Source of the DNA: Octopus vulgaris | Taxonomy: Eukaryota | Direction of reading: 5' to 3' | DNA: 64,000 nt | Assembly (NCBI GenBank): GCA_951406725.2 | Contig: OX597814.1 | Coordinates: 145,514,001 to 145,578,000 of the forward strand | Shown: positions 39,355 to 53,516 of the stretch, one piece after another | Layout of the letters: the number at the start of each line of letters is the position of its first letter | Position numbering within the stretch: the stretch's first letter is position 1 | The notes under the pieces: generated by a model | The model's database searches: none | What the model was told of the DNA's origin: nothing | What the model saw: the letters and a program-made list of their open reading frames with translations, nothing else | Position numbers and translations under genes: made by a program

Positions 39355-41129
39355 TTTTATTTACATTCCCCCACACACCAAATACTGGTATTACATAGAT
39401 CAAAAGTTTTGCTACTCTCACTTAGCTATGCTTGTTAGTATACTCTTCGCCCTGTATCCTTACACACATGCATAATACTCTTAGTCCCTTCCAAAGATAT
39501 AAATCCAATTTGTAACGAGTCTCTGCACACAGAATATCCCGATTCAGCGATCTCCTTTTATAAAAATGCTAGCTCACTTAATCTCTGATACTTCAGCTAA
39601 TTGGATAGAACATCACTCTTCTATTCTGACTATACCTGACAGAAAACGAGCTTTACATAGTCTGAGTAAGCTAAAAATTTCATGAAGAATTTATTTCTAA
39701 GCATAATTCTTGAGATATAATCAAAGTTCATAACTGTAAACCACCAACTAATTTACCTACATCTGAACTACAACAGGCTATGAACTCTGGGTTATCTAGG
39801 GGCTAGTGAAAATCCTTTACAGTATATTTCTATTTATTTACTAGCCAAAAAACTTATAAGATTAATAATATGTGGCTATGATAGGATGATATGGTGCACC
39901 GCACATTCACTAAACTGTGCTGCTATTTTAAAATTGCAATAGATCTATCATATTCCTTATTAGGTTTTCTAACAATTTTATGGAACACTCTGGAATACGA
40001 CAGTAAGAAGTTAGGCTAGGAGTCAGCATCGCCGCACATGAACTGATGCAGTACTATTTTAGTTCAACTGTAACAGATTTAATAACTAAGAATATGCAAT
40101 AATTCAAAAGGTAGTCGGTGATATATTAGTGTATATGAATGAAAGAAACGGAAAAATCGAACTCAACTATTCCCTATAATAAAAAAGAAAGCATTGGTAT
40201 GTTCCCTACAAGTTGCCCATCCACTTAAACAGCCACACAGGATATGGAAAGCAATATAGATAAGACAGATTTATACATATGTGTACATGTATATTAGAAG
40301 GCAAATGAACATGGAATGCAAACTTTTGAAAGAAAACATGAGAAGAAATCCTTCAGAGAAAAGGAGAAAGAGAGAGAGAGAGAATGAGAGAGTTGGAGGT
40401 ATACAGGAAGATAGTGACTGAAAAGGAGATAGTATTATAGGTCGATAGGGAGAAAGAAAAGGAGGAAGCACGTAAGTGCGATAGTGATAGTGAGCAGAGA
40501 GAGAGAGCGAGAAAAGGAGAGAGAAAAAAGAAAGAGAGAAAGAAAAAGATAGAGAGAAAGAGAGAGAGGGAGCGAAAAGGAAAGTTATAGAATAGGGAAA
40601 CAGAGGTGAATAATCAATATGCAGAACATGTAGAATCCTTACTGATCAATTTTCCTGTTGGTAAGAGATGAAAACCAATAAAGCCTGAAGGAACCCAACC
40701 GTTCAAATTTAGATGATTTTAATGAGATTACTGAAAGCGGAAACTTTATATCTTGCTCCTTTGCTAAACCATGTGATATCAAATAACACCCGAAAGCTGC
40801 AACAGAGTTTGTTTGGAGGTAGCGTTATAGATATTACATGCTATACACTTGATGGATGATACGTATCCAGATCACAATCCCCACTTATTGTACACTATTA
40901 GGCATCATGTTAAAACTTTGTGGCTGGACATGAACATACTAATATCAACTGTGCAACTGTTTGCTCTGTTTCGCTTTAGTTTTCAAAGTCGTCCCATCTC
41001 ACAACAACACGATCTAAAACGTACGTTCAATGAGGTCATTAAACGCTTAACATGTAAGGAGTCCAGCTGTGATGTTTGGGATACAGGAAGTCTCTTTCCG
41101 ACTCAGTTCACACATTCTTAGGCATCAGT

Positions 41130-41282
41130 ATAATGATGATGATGAGAAGGAGGATGACGATGATAATGATGTTGATGATGATAATAATGATGATGATGAT
41201 GAGGTTGATGATGACGACGACGATGTTGATGATGATGATGATGATGACGACGACGACGACAATGACGATGATAATGATGATA
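41130..41282. repeat. (GAT)n/(GAC)n imperfect microsatellite
   Basis: Direct reading; source of the poly-D ORF. Confidence 0.9.
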
Positions 41283-41284
41283 TT

Positions 41285-41405
41285 TTCTATTGTAGGCACA
41301 TGACCCGAAATTGTAGAAGAGAGGAAAATAGTCGATTACATCTACCTCACTTGTTTATCCCCGAAAGGGTGAAATGCAAAATTCGATCACGACGGAATTT
41401 GAACT
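41285..41405 (-). mobile_element. SINE family A, partial
   Basis: ttctattgtaggcacatga...gtcgattacatc...cccgaaagggtgaaatgcaaa...ggaatttgaactca. Confidence 0.7.
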
Positions 41406-41973
41406 CATATGATATGAATTTTGCTTTTGGTGAAGTGATTTAATTTTCACGGGAATTGGATGCCGCCTCTCATTTCTTTTAGCTTTTTTTTTTATTTTAT
41501 TCTTTTAGGAATTTTTGACAAAGTGTGATATTTTGGCCTAAGCATCTGATTCTCATCATTGTTAGTGAATGGGATGAAGATGTGAGCGACGGTTCGTGGT
41601 CGATTTGCGTCAGTTGCTGTTATTACTTTGCTGGTTGTTACTGGGAACCGACTTTTGTATCTCAAGGTTTGCTCTTGATAATGGAGGCAGGGCAGTTTCC
41701 TTTGCCAGCTGAAGAGTTGTGATTAACGTTGCCAAATGACTAACAACCCACTTCGTTTCTTGTTGCATTTGTTTGTTCTGTTGACCAACCGCTACAGGAC
41801 AGTTCTGTTATAATCTTTAGATTTTGCATGGTCATGAAGACTTGTATGACGATGGCGATCTCACCCGATCACATACTGTTTAATGTTACACTTGCGCTTA
41901 ATTCTTAACTATATCTTCCCGCGAAGGTGATGACTAATTGACACCAACGGCACTTCTGATAGTGATGTTTGTA

Positions 41974-43196
41974 TTAGGTTGTTGCGCATGAAATATCGCA
42001 TTTTAAATTACTTGTTATTTCAGTAATTTAAAAACTCAATTATGTACACCTTGCATTTATTCTTGACTCTTTTTCTTAACCAACAATATTGGTATACAAA
42101 ATTCGTATCCACAAACCATATGAAAATGAAAACAACCAAACTATTTTGAGAGATTTTCTCGTATGAGTACAAACTGGGCCACGCTGCTTCAGAAGCTCTT
42201 CGGAATATCAAGCGGGCCTTTGGTAATTTTTTTGTTGACAACAGAACTGTTCAGAGATGGTTACAAAGCTCTCGTCCTGGTGATGATAACCTTCAAGATA
42301 AAGCAAGGGATAGGCCAAAATCATTTATTCGGCATGATGGATTAAATGCTTTGGTTGAACAAAATCCGAGAATACAGGTTCGAAACTCCAAACATCTCGC
42401 ACAACTGTTTTTGGATACCTGTAAAAAGTCGGAAAGCAAGAAAACGGATAGATTTGTTCCATATCAACTGAACGAGATTAAAAAAAAGGAATAAAACACG
42501 CCTCGAAGTGTGCTCCTTATTGCTTTCTCGACTGGAAAAAGACCATGTTTGCATCAACTCATTACTTAATTAGAAATGGATACACTTTCACAACAGCAGA
42601 ACAGTACAGTGATTAGATGCAGGAAGTTCACATAAACACTACTCATTTCACTCTAAAATGTTAGTGGTCACTCTATGGTGGTCCGCGAAGGGAATTATTC
42701 ATTATTCATTTTTGCAACAAGGAAAAATGGTATCAGCAAATTGTAACAGGAAATTGATTGTATGCCTGAGAATTTGAAAAAGAAGCAACCCAGACTAGTG
42801 AATAAAGATGGCCCAATTTTCTCCACGACAATTCACGTCCTCACACTCCTCAAGCTACGGTTCAAACGTTGTAAAGCCTGATTTATGAGATTTTGCAACA
42901 TCCACCCTATTCCCCTCATATCTCTCCTACTAATCATCATTTATTTACGCATTTTGAGCTTTTCATAAGCAATGAAATATTCTTCAGTAGAGAAGAGATA
43001 ATTGAAGCATTCGGACAGTTTATTAAAGCAAAACATGAAGTTTTGTTAAAAATAGAATATATGACATACAGAAACGTTGGGTAAATGTCATAAATGAACA
43101 TGGATCATACTTTGATTAAATAAATTAGTTCTCTAACACTTATGAAACATTTTATTGTTACCTATCAAATACGACATTTCAAGTAAAATAACCTAA
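41974..43196 (+). mobile_element. Full-length defective mariner transposon (1223 bp)
   Basis: TA flanks; 30-bp TIRs match 23/30 (ttaggttgttgcgcatgaaatatcgcattt vs ttaggttattttacttgaaatgtcgtattt); YEYKLGHAASEALRNIKRAFG..RTVQRW, FVPYQL (WVPHEL), LHDNSRPH, HPPYSPHISPTNHHLF (YSPDL). Confidence 0.93.
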
Positions 43197-43821
43197 TATA
43201 TATATATATTTCCAAATAATGTGGAATTAGCTTATGAACAGGTGTCTCTTATACTATTTAGACTGGAATTTTTTACTGTTCTCGGTTTTAAAAACTCCAC
43301 ATGCGATGTCACATGCCGTTCCTTCTAATATGAGCACAGTGCCATATCTATTTCGGGTTTCGGTGGGTCTTGTTTCCCTTTCAGAGGCCTCTGTAATTAC
43401 TTGTGGATGATAGGTTCTAGTTTAGAGTACAAAATATATCCAAGCATTTCTTCTCACAAGAAAATGTTCCATATGGACAATTTTAAAGAGTTGACAAAAC
43501 CTTAACGGAAATTTATTTTTCGTTGTTCGTATTTACTCACAAAACCATACATGTGTGCATGCTTGGTATCGTTGATGCTGTTTCGACAGGATTTTAGTCT
43601 TTTGAGTTAAAAGTCAGTGTATACTCTCTCTCGCTTCATGCATTAACATCTGCGTTTTGCTTGTTCCTTCTTTGTCGTGAATTGTATAATCTGTGTATTT
43701 ATTTGGAGTGTGAGGCGTGTGACATAAATTGTTCATTGCCATTATATTTTTCTGATGAAGACGGACGAAATAACGCTAAGTATTTTGCCTAGCGTGATAA
43801 AGATTCTGCCAGCTTTAACAG

Positions 43822-43879
43822 AAACAACAACAACAATAGACACAAAAACAGCAACAGCAGCAACAGCAGCAACAACGAC

Positions 43880-43926
<47 letters not shown>

Positions 43927-43936
43927 CAACAACAAC

Positions 43937-44000
<64 letters not shown>

Positions 44001-44005
44001 TTAAT
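43822..44005. repeat. (CAA)/(CAG)/(TAA)n compound microsatellite
   Basis: Direct reading. Confidence 0.95.
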
Positions 44006-44036
44006 AATCGATATCCTATCTATCTATCTATCTATC

Positions 44037-44247
44037 TTTTTTTTTCTTTTATTCTTTTTATTTTTTATTCTATTTTTTTATTTTTTAATTTTTTTTTTAT
44101 TATTTTTTTTTTTGTTCTTTCCTTCCCTTTTACGATCCCTCTTGATCGAAAACCTACGCCACCCCCTTTTTTTCATCCCCCAAAAGAAAAGCTCTACCTT
44201 GTAACTTGTCCCATCTGTGTGCAGCCCTGTGTGGCCAATAAAGAAAC

Positions 44248-44248
<1 letters not shown>
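44037..44248 (+). mobile_element. Retroelement 3' UTR-like fragment inside (TATC)n
   Basis: T-rich stretch ending ccttgtaacttgtcccatctgtgtgcagccctgtgtggccAATAAAgaaac; (TATC)n at 44016-44036 and 44249-44358. Confidence 0.6.
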
Positions 44249-44340
<92 letters not shown>

Positions 44341-45388
44341 AATCTATCTATCTATCTATTTCTGCATGTACATATGTCTGTATGTATATATATGTGTGTG
44401 TGTTTACAAAAATGCAAATATGTAAGGGAAAATACATAGTTGAGCAAGTTTATTTCCCAAACGTCTAGGATTCACTCTAGAGTTCCTCAGATTTTCCAAC
44501 GTGCACCTCATATCAAAGTTATAACAGCAATAACGATCAATCGATTTTATACAAATGCATGTTTGTAGATCGCTTATTGTTTGCCAAATACATTTAACCG
44601 GACGATGAACAATCAGGCTATGGAAAGCGCAGCTATCTTCATTTGTATATCGACATTAGTATCATACTTTTGAACACAAACTTAATGCAATATCATTAAT
44701 TAGATTGATTTATTATTCGACTGTTCTTTAGCCATAAGCCTCTCTTGAATGAATAAGACGTACAATTAAACAACATTCCAAAATTGACCAACACACGTGA
44801 TTTTAGTAAGACCTTATCTCAGTTCACATTCTGAAATGTGTCCTTCATTTTCAAGCTTCTTTGAGAAGGTGCTTTAAAGAGATTAGACTACTTTCTCCAG
44901 TAATCAATCAACGGCGAGGAGGCTTCATCTATTACTAGACACTCTTACAATATTTAAATACTGCAAGAATATCATGATTTCAAAGAAACGTACCGTTGTA
45001 TTTTGAAAATATATGTTTGTTTGGGAGAAATAAAATTTTAATCTATTCGGATTGTTCCGTTATAGAATTTTTGAAAAAATATCGTTAATATCAAATGAAA
45101 AAATAAAACAAAATTTGTAATAGATTAATGTGATACCTGAACGCAATTATGTAGAGGTACATATTGTATCAGTTTAGTTCCTAACCGTATATTTTATCGG
45201 ATTCACGATTAAGGATTATGGATTGAAACTTAGAAACTCGGACTTCTTACTGTGAGTTTCTTAATATTCTTTAGTGGCCTGGCCATATCACTTTGAACTA
45301 GTTAACGTCAAGAGTTATATATTTATCATACATATATGCGAACATATATACATACAAACACACACTCTCAGGCATACCCATATGTGTG

Positions 45389-45445
<57 letters not shown>

Positions 45446-47226
45446 AGAGAAATAGATTGATGAAATGGCACACAACCTTGGCCGTAGTCCAATGACTGAA
45501 ACCAGTAACAAAATAAACAAGTAACCATGAAAACTATTATATCTATAAGTGCAATGAATCTGGAAAGTGTGAAGATGGAGTAGAAAAAAGTGGTTTTAAC
45601 AGAGAATTAATTAATACAAATTAGTGTCTAGAATCTAAGGTGGTGAGAATTTGTCCTTAATTGGTATGTTGAGAGAAAGAACGAAGATTGCGTTGTTTGT
45701 TTATATTTGTTTTTCTTGCTCACACAGGTCGAGGCCAGGAACGTTATATTTTTGTCTTCTTTCAGTAATTAAAATGCTCAACCGTTGAACAATTGTCATA
45801 TCTATATTTTGAGTTCTAATGATTTTAATCAATTAACAAAAGTGTATTTCATTCAATTTTAAGTGGTCAATATGTATATTTTCTTCTTTACCATCCTAGT
45901 TACTTGCTGCACCCAAATATCTAAATGTATGTAGCTTCTATTATTATAATACTGAGGTCAGTAGACGTCACACTCGCGGTAATGAAGTGGGAAATTGATT
46001 AAATATTAAAATATGTCTAGCATTACTTCTCTCTCATCCCTGACGATCACACAAGTAATTTTGATACAAAATATATTATTAATTGATTGCTATCGACTAA
46101 ACTGCATTATTGTCCATTATTCTGCTGTATGGTAATCGCACGGAACCTAATGGGAAATGTTCTACACATATCTTGATCAACAAATACAATTATTAATTTT
46201 ATCAGCGGGAAAAACAGATTTCCCCAGTGAAAACCTCAACTTCAAATTTCAATTGTAAATCAAGATTAGCCCTAGAGAAATATAGAAATAATAAATATAG
46301 TTGATTTAATCGAAAAGATAACTTTCAGAATGTTTGAAGTTTGTAAAGAACAATCTGCTAAAAAATTAACTACGGGAAATTTGCATTATAAGAGACATAG
46401 TGTTGCTGGTAAAACAGGAATTACACAAAGCTAAAAATGTAGGATATTGACTATGCAATATGAAACTGACGAAACCAAACGACCAACACATCTTAAAGGT
46501 GTTTCCTCTCTTTACCAGAACACTACTCGGCCAAATTGCTTATTTAACAATTTCGCTGTAACCTGGAAGGTAGCAAGAAGATAAGTAACCAAGATAAGAG
46601 GCTTGGAGAATTCTGAGGGAAAATAGAAGTAGGTGTCATAATTCATGAAATTAATCCTGCAAACCCGAGACATGCACTGAAAACTTGCAAAATGTATCTA
46701 ATTGCAAGATGGTAAAATTTGGAGCTGGATTATGTCTAGCTCGAAAGAACCTGTACAATGTAATCGATGAGATCCTACATAAAATCTTTCCATACAAAGC
46801 TTTGATCAATCTGCATCTAAGGTGTAACTGAATTCTCCAGATCGAACCCCGATCTTTATGCTTGCAAACTGAATTCCTTAAGCACTTAAATATGTTTTTT
46901 GCTAATGTATCCGCATTATATTTTGTTTCTCTTTTATATTAGAAGTGTTCCCCCGATGTCGGGTAATACTATTTTTTAATGGAAATGTCATAATGTTTTA
47001 TATGTCTGTTGTATTTATTTTCAACAACATTCGAAAGTTACTTACTATTATGGCCATTAATCCTGCATCCGATGACAACAATCTAGTCATCTGTATCTGC
47101 ATAGATTTGTGTTTTGGTTTGTATTATAATTTCAACTGTATGAGGGTTTCTTATGTCGAAGACCAGAATGCCCTAAGAATACAAAAGCATCACAGACGTA
47201 AAACAGTATGTATATTTATACACACA

Positions 47227-47322
<96 letters not shown>

Positions 47323-47589
47323 AGATGTATTCTATTGCAATTTGGGTCTTGATTAGTTAGAATGTTCTTTCCTGATGATCTTCAACAATGCTATCCAGTC
47401 TTCAGTCTGCTTTCTCTTACAGAATCAGTATGTGTCAGTGTATGAAAATGTTATCATTATTTGATACTGTGTGCTACTTGTGATTTTTTTTATTGTACCA
47501 TTACTCTTCAATGGGTTTTCAATAACGCTGGCGTAGTAGTTTTTCGCTCAATGAAATCTCCAACGATATTTGCACGGAATATATTATAT

Positions 47590-47590
47590 G

Positions 47591-47660
<70 letters not shown>
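47590..47660. repeat. (TAC)n microsatellite
   Basis: Direct reading. Confidence 0.95.
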
Positions 47661-47661
<1 letters not shown>

Positions 47662-48319
47662 TATATAATTGTTTGAAGTAAACACCAAGTCATATCATTT
47701 TCTGATGCTTTTAATATGAAAAATACGTGTTTCTAAAATTTCTACCTGCATTGTATTTGATATCATTTTATTCATACATCGAATACTACTTGAAACACAA
47801 ACATACATATCGTCATTTGCAGTAGTAGTATTAGTAGTAGTAGATCTTTTTCAATTCCTCCCTCACCAGGACCCTTAAATCCATGGCAAAATAACAATTG
47901 TAGTCAGTGAGACGATTTAGATTTTATGCTGATGCAAGGAATTTGCATATGATGTTTGAAAAGACAGAAATAAGTTTACTAAGTTTTATTTACTCTGGCG
48001 ATAAACTCCACATATTTGAATAATAACGGATACATATTTATTATTTTTTTAAAAGTAACTCTAATCCCAGAGTAAATAGCATAAGAACTACTTCACTGTT
48101 GGCAATCATTTTCAGTTAAATAGGCGCCAAGGGTAGTAATGGAGGGTATGCAAAAATCATATACACAGTCTTTGATGTTTGATAACGAAGAGAAAACGAC
48201 TTAGTAATATTGTTAGAGGTTGTTAGCAAATAATTGTAACGGATATATCTAAACAACAACGACAATAACAACAGTAACATCATCATCATTATTCGCAACA
48301 ACAAAAGCAAACAAACTGC

Positions 48320-48320
<1 letters not shown>

Positions 48321-48383
<63 letters not shown>

Positions 48384-48386
48384 GTA

Positions 48387-48448
<62 letters not shown>
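48321..48448. repeat. (TAA)n microsatellite
   Basis: Direct reading. Confidence 0.95.
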
Positions 48449-48449
<1 letters not shown>

Positions 48450-49286
48450 GAAAAATATTTGCTTGTTGCTAGGATAGTGACACTGGCGTCAGTAAGATTA
48501 CACTTTCAATCAAAATTGAAAAATAGAAGAAAACCAAGACTTATGCATCGAATGTATTTGATTCAACATTCGGGCATCTATCCATACTGAATGAAATCTG
48601 AATAAAGAAGCAAGCGGATAAACGTGATAGAGAAATTGTACAGTATTTCTATGAAGTTTTAGTGTATGACGTTTATGTTAAGATTCCATTTATGCAGAAT
48701 CGAACACAACTGAAAACCACCGATAATTGTGAACCAATTTTAACAAGCATACACACATATTCCTGTATTTGTATGTGTGTGTTACTAGGTTACGTTTGTA
48801 TATGTGTAAGGTTGTCTATGCGTTTGACTATAGCAATTGCGATGAAATGTACGGACATATTACAAATCTATCACTCGGTTCAGTTATTAATCTATATATC
48901 GATTTTTCTTGTAGCTATACCACATCAATCGATACAGCACCGCAGTCTAAATATATTGGCAATTATGTAAGCATATATTCGCATTCATACATATATTTCA
49001 ATGTGATTCCCTATATCCTATTCTACCAAAACAGATGCGCTCGCTTGCATATAACACGCACACGAATGGTCGTTAAAACCGCTCCCTGTTTCTCTCTTTC
49101 TTTCTTTCTTTCCTTCTTTCTTTCTTCCTTTCTTTCTTTCTTTCTCTCTCTCTCTCTGACTCTCTCTATATATATATATACACATATACATATACATATA
49201 TACATACATATCCACATATACATATATATTGTATGTATTTGTATATATGTCTTTATGTATATATGTATATATATATATACATATGA

Positions 49287-49326
<40 letters not shown>

Positions 49327-51731
49327 GTAGGTATGCATGTATGTATGTATATATGCCGTCAGCAAACCACATTTATTTATAAGAAAAGGTTCGTACGTAT
49401 CTAGTATCAACAATGTTGAAAAGGATTTTATCTATAGGTATTCGCTTTCAAATATCTTTCATCGGAAGTAGAATCTGAACGTTTATCTAATATCTATATT
49501 CACAGCATTGCTAAGCAATCCCTCTTTCTGATATAATCCAATCCGCTTATGTGGATCGTGATTGTTCAGTGACTGCCAATCTAAGTCTTAAAAGTACTTT
49601 AGAGGCATGTCATTTACCATTGATATTTTCTCCGAAAGCCTAAGACGAGCTAAGTAGTAAGCTGAACAGAATAATTACACATAGAATTCGTAGACATCTA
49701 TGTGGCCTAAAACATGTATATATAAGCAATGACATTTAACCTTGAAAGAACATATAAGGACTAAGTGCTCATCATGTATTTTCTTGCTCATGTCAAGTTT
49801 GGTCTCAGTTAATATAGTACTGAATCATACTATAACTTGCGTTAAAACATATTTGGTTAGCTTATGTGTATATGTCTTACTTCAAAATCTTATTTTCAAT
49901 CTCAAACAAAATCTTAACCACTCCGTTTTCAGTTTATATTTAGCAACTCCAATTATTCTTAACATATGAAAATCAGATGAAATCGAATATATTATTGGAA
50001 ATAGCTATTAATTAAAGTAATATGGAAGAGTATTTTCTGTGTTAGACTCTAATCTTCCATACTTTTGATTGCATGATATCTGCAGTTTTCAGCACAGGTC
50101 TCATAAGCGATGCTTATGTGATATTACATTAATATATTTTTAGATTTTTAGCTTAAAATGTCATCGACTATTAAAACATTTTTTGTTCGTATGTCATAAT
50201 CACTTCAGTTGTTCAGTAGTTGTTGTCAAACGATGAACAGGGCTTAATTCCTTGTCATATTTCTCTGACGAATGTTGCATATAGTTGATGCAGCGCATGT
50301 TTATATGCTATGGTGTTGGACATTTTTGCAAGGCAGTGTTAGTGAATAATTAATATGAGATGGGTTGAGATATAGTAAGAATGACGAGACAAAGTGAGGG
50401 AAGTTTATCATGCCATATGAGCACGATAGTTCATAGAAGGAGAAAATTAAATAGGTAGCGGAATCAGGATACATTATGTCAGTGGGCAAGTGATTGCAGC
50501 ACGATAGTGAATATTTACCAATATGCTGAAATTGTATACTCTAGATGCAAATCTTATACATTTGCATTTAATAGTTTCACATATCCAAGATATATGTGTC
50601 ACACTCTAATGTGTATTACGACTGTGCGTTGTTAAAAACAGGCAACAACTCTGAGGTGTGGTGCGTTCTCATTCTAAACAAAACAAGTTATTTATACGCA
50701 GCTTTAATTATATTACTTATCAACGAGTACAGTATCGTAAAAGTTGTAAATATTTTAGTGGATATCATATAAAAACACTGTAGTAAGTACCACTATAGTT
50801 GTAACTTCTAGATATACTGGTACTTCTTTATTTTGGTCATGATAAACTGGAGAGGATTGTTATGTCCATTCCGGAAGATAGCAGTAAGCTTTCTACTTTA
50901 GTTATTTCAGTATTAGTAACAATAATTTTTAGATACCATGACTTATAGCAACTCTATTTCTTTCAGCCCTCTGAAAAGTTGCAGCTATATGGATGCCTTC
51001 AATTACGATCCACAATTTAAGGAATTCCTAAAGATTTTACTTTGTAATTGCTGTTAAATACTGCTAACGTATCAGACTCATCTCTCACATTATTTTGCAT
51101 TATTTTTCTGCTTGGTTGTGTAAAGCCAATATCTTTTACAGAAAGCTCTACTTACTTTTGCTATAACGAGCTACTCCAAATTCTAGTTACTATTAATTCC
51201 TTTTGAAAGCATTATTCTCTTTAAGATTTTTCTTTTATATTAATTCTGAAATTCTCGAATTGCAAAAGCGTCTGGTTGTGTATTTATAGGATTTCGCATT
51301 CCAATCACTTTCATGGTATCTTGTATCCCTAGACAACTTCTGACTTTCTCTAAAAGCTTTGAATCTCCCATGTCAAAGAAGAATAATTTTATTAGCTCTT
51401 AACCAGATACCGAAGAGATTGATAACACGCTTTTGCTTGAAATCACAAAATGCTTAGTCGATTTCCTTTTAGAATTGTTTCATTTCAAATTCTAAGTTAC
51501 AATAACTGAATCTATTCCTCAGAATTTTTAAAGCTGCGTTCAAACCCGTATCAAATGCGTTGGAATATTTACTCCACTAAAGAAAACTCTGTAGACGCCC
51601 CAATTTTAAAAGTTGTACATCAAGCAAATTAATGTGAGCATTGTCCGAAAGTTTCTGTTTAAATTAGAGTGGATCTTCAAAACTTAGGGCAGCCTCTAAC
51701 ATTCTATATATCGTGGTATACTAAACTGTAA

Positions 51732-51969
51732 AGGCGGTGAGCTGGCAGAAACGTTAGCACGCCGGGCGAAATGCTTAGCAGTATCTCGTATGGCGCTACG
51801 TTCTGAGTTCAAATTCCACCGAGGTCGACTTTGCCTTTCATCCTTTCGCGGTCGATTAAATAAGTACCAGTTACACACTGGGGTCGATATAATCGACTTA
51901 ATCCATTTGTCTGTCCTTGTTTGTCCTCTCTGTGTTTAGCTCCTTGTGGGTAGTAAAGAAAATGAAATA
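51732..51969 (+). mobile_element. Complete monomeric SINE A tail-B copy with 13-bp TSD
   Basis: Full head to tail B; ggtatactaaact at 51715-51727 and 51970-51982. Confidence 0.93.
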
Positions 51970-52851
51970 GGTATACTAAACTATTACATATTTTAGTAAA
52001 ATATCATTTTTGAAAGAAAATATAGAAAACAATAGCTAATATAAACGTAAAGGAATAAGATTTTTATTTTATTTTAAGTCAGAAAGATCATTGAGTGTTT
52101 TAAAACAAGTTCACGATAAGTACATTCCCTCAACCAATTGTGCCACTTATGCTGATAATACCCCTGAAAGAATCATATGCACCATATAATTTTGCATCTC
52201 TCTTCTCTTCAAATAACTAGCATCTCGGTAAATTAATTTAGAAATATAAAAATATTGCTTCATCTCTGTAAACTCCAATAAATATATTATTTCATAATTT
52301 ACTGTAGACCAATATTCAGATGTGATATTTGTTGGGGAGTCACTCCGAAAATGTTTTATATCTTTGTCGCTTCTTTACGAACAGTTTCACATGATATAGA
52401 ATATTCATTGAAACATTGAGTTTTATTTAATTATGGAAGCATATATAATTAATAATTTCCACTATTAGCCAAAAACTATTCTTACAATGTAACATGTAGT
52501 CAATCAAAAATTCTTTTGATATAGTAAAACATATTTAAAAAAATTCCTTCTAAAGATAGCTTGTTAGAATATATCAACAAAAATAATTGAATTCAGTATT
52601 AAGATTACTCTAAGAGTTCAGATTTACTTCTTTGTAGCAAAGGACCAATATGCTCTCATTTCCATTCATCATACTGCAATATGCATACATATAAAAACAT
52701 ATAAAACTATTATGCATAAACATATACACATATAAAACGTCTCCCCATGCATAAATATACAAACATACAAGACATCTGTTACAAACTCCAGTAGGCTCTG
52801 TTTGAAGTATTTTCTACAACATGCATGCATAAATAATCACACATAGAAATA

Positions 52852-52889
<38 letters not shown>

Positions 52890-52944
52890 TATTTATATAT
52901 ATATATACATACATACATACATACATACAAATAATACACACACC

Positions 52945-52998
<54 letters not shown>

Positions 52999-53274
52999 GT
53001 ATGTATATATGTGCAGATTCGAAAGAGCCAATGCATGAAAGTTTATTCCTATTAACAACCATAAAATAATTCAATTTTTATCAAAACGTTAACATTAAAT
53101 TATGTTTTGAAAAATTACATAAAACAGAATTATGCACTCATATATTGCCAAAGAGTCATATAAATAAGCATTGCGATAGGGCGCAGCAGTCATATAAACA
53201 CATGCAAATATTATCAGACACACATACACCGTCGCATACATGTAGAAGAATACAACCATGCTCCCTTGTAAAGC

Positions 53275-53278
<4 letters not shown>

Positions 53279-53358
<80 letters not shown>
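53279..53358. repeat. (TA)n microsatellite
   Basis: Direct reading. Confidence 0.95.
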
Positions 53359-53361
<3 letters not shown>

Positions 53362-53459
53362 CATTAGGTTTTATACATACCGACAAACATAATTATTTGT
53401 ACACAGATACGCACAAGCATACATAGACACACATATATGTACACTGACATACACACACA

Positions 53460-53516
<57 letters not shown>

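Noticed and set aside
41069-41443. Asp-rich 124-aa ORF
   Set aside because: (GAT)n microsatellite running into an antisense SINE.
43752-43775. CTGATGA...GAAA at a SINE junction
   Set aside because: Chance juxtaposition with a truncated antisense SINE A; no stem II.
50650-52450. Possible decayed Penelope-like RT/GIY-YIG sequence on the minus strand
   Set aside because: Only faint motif echoes in very AT-rich DNA; needs a profile search.
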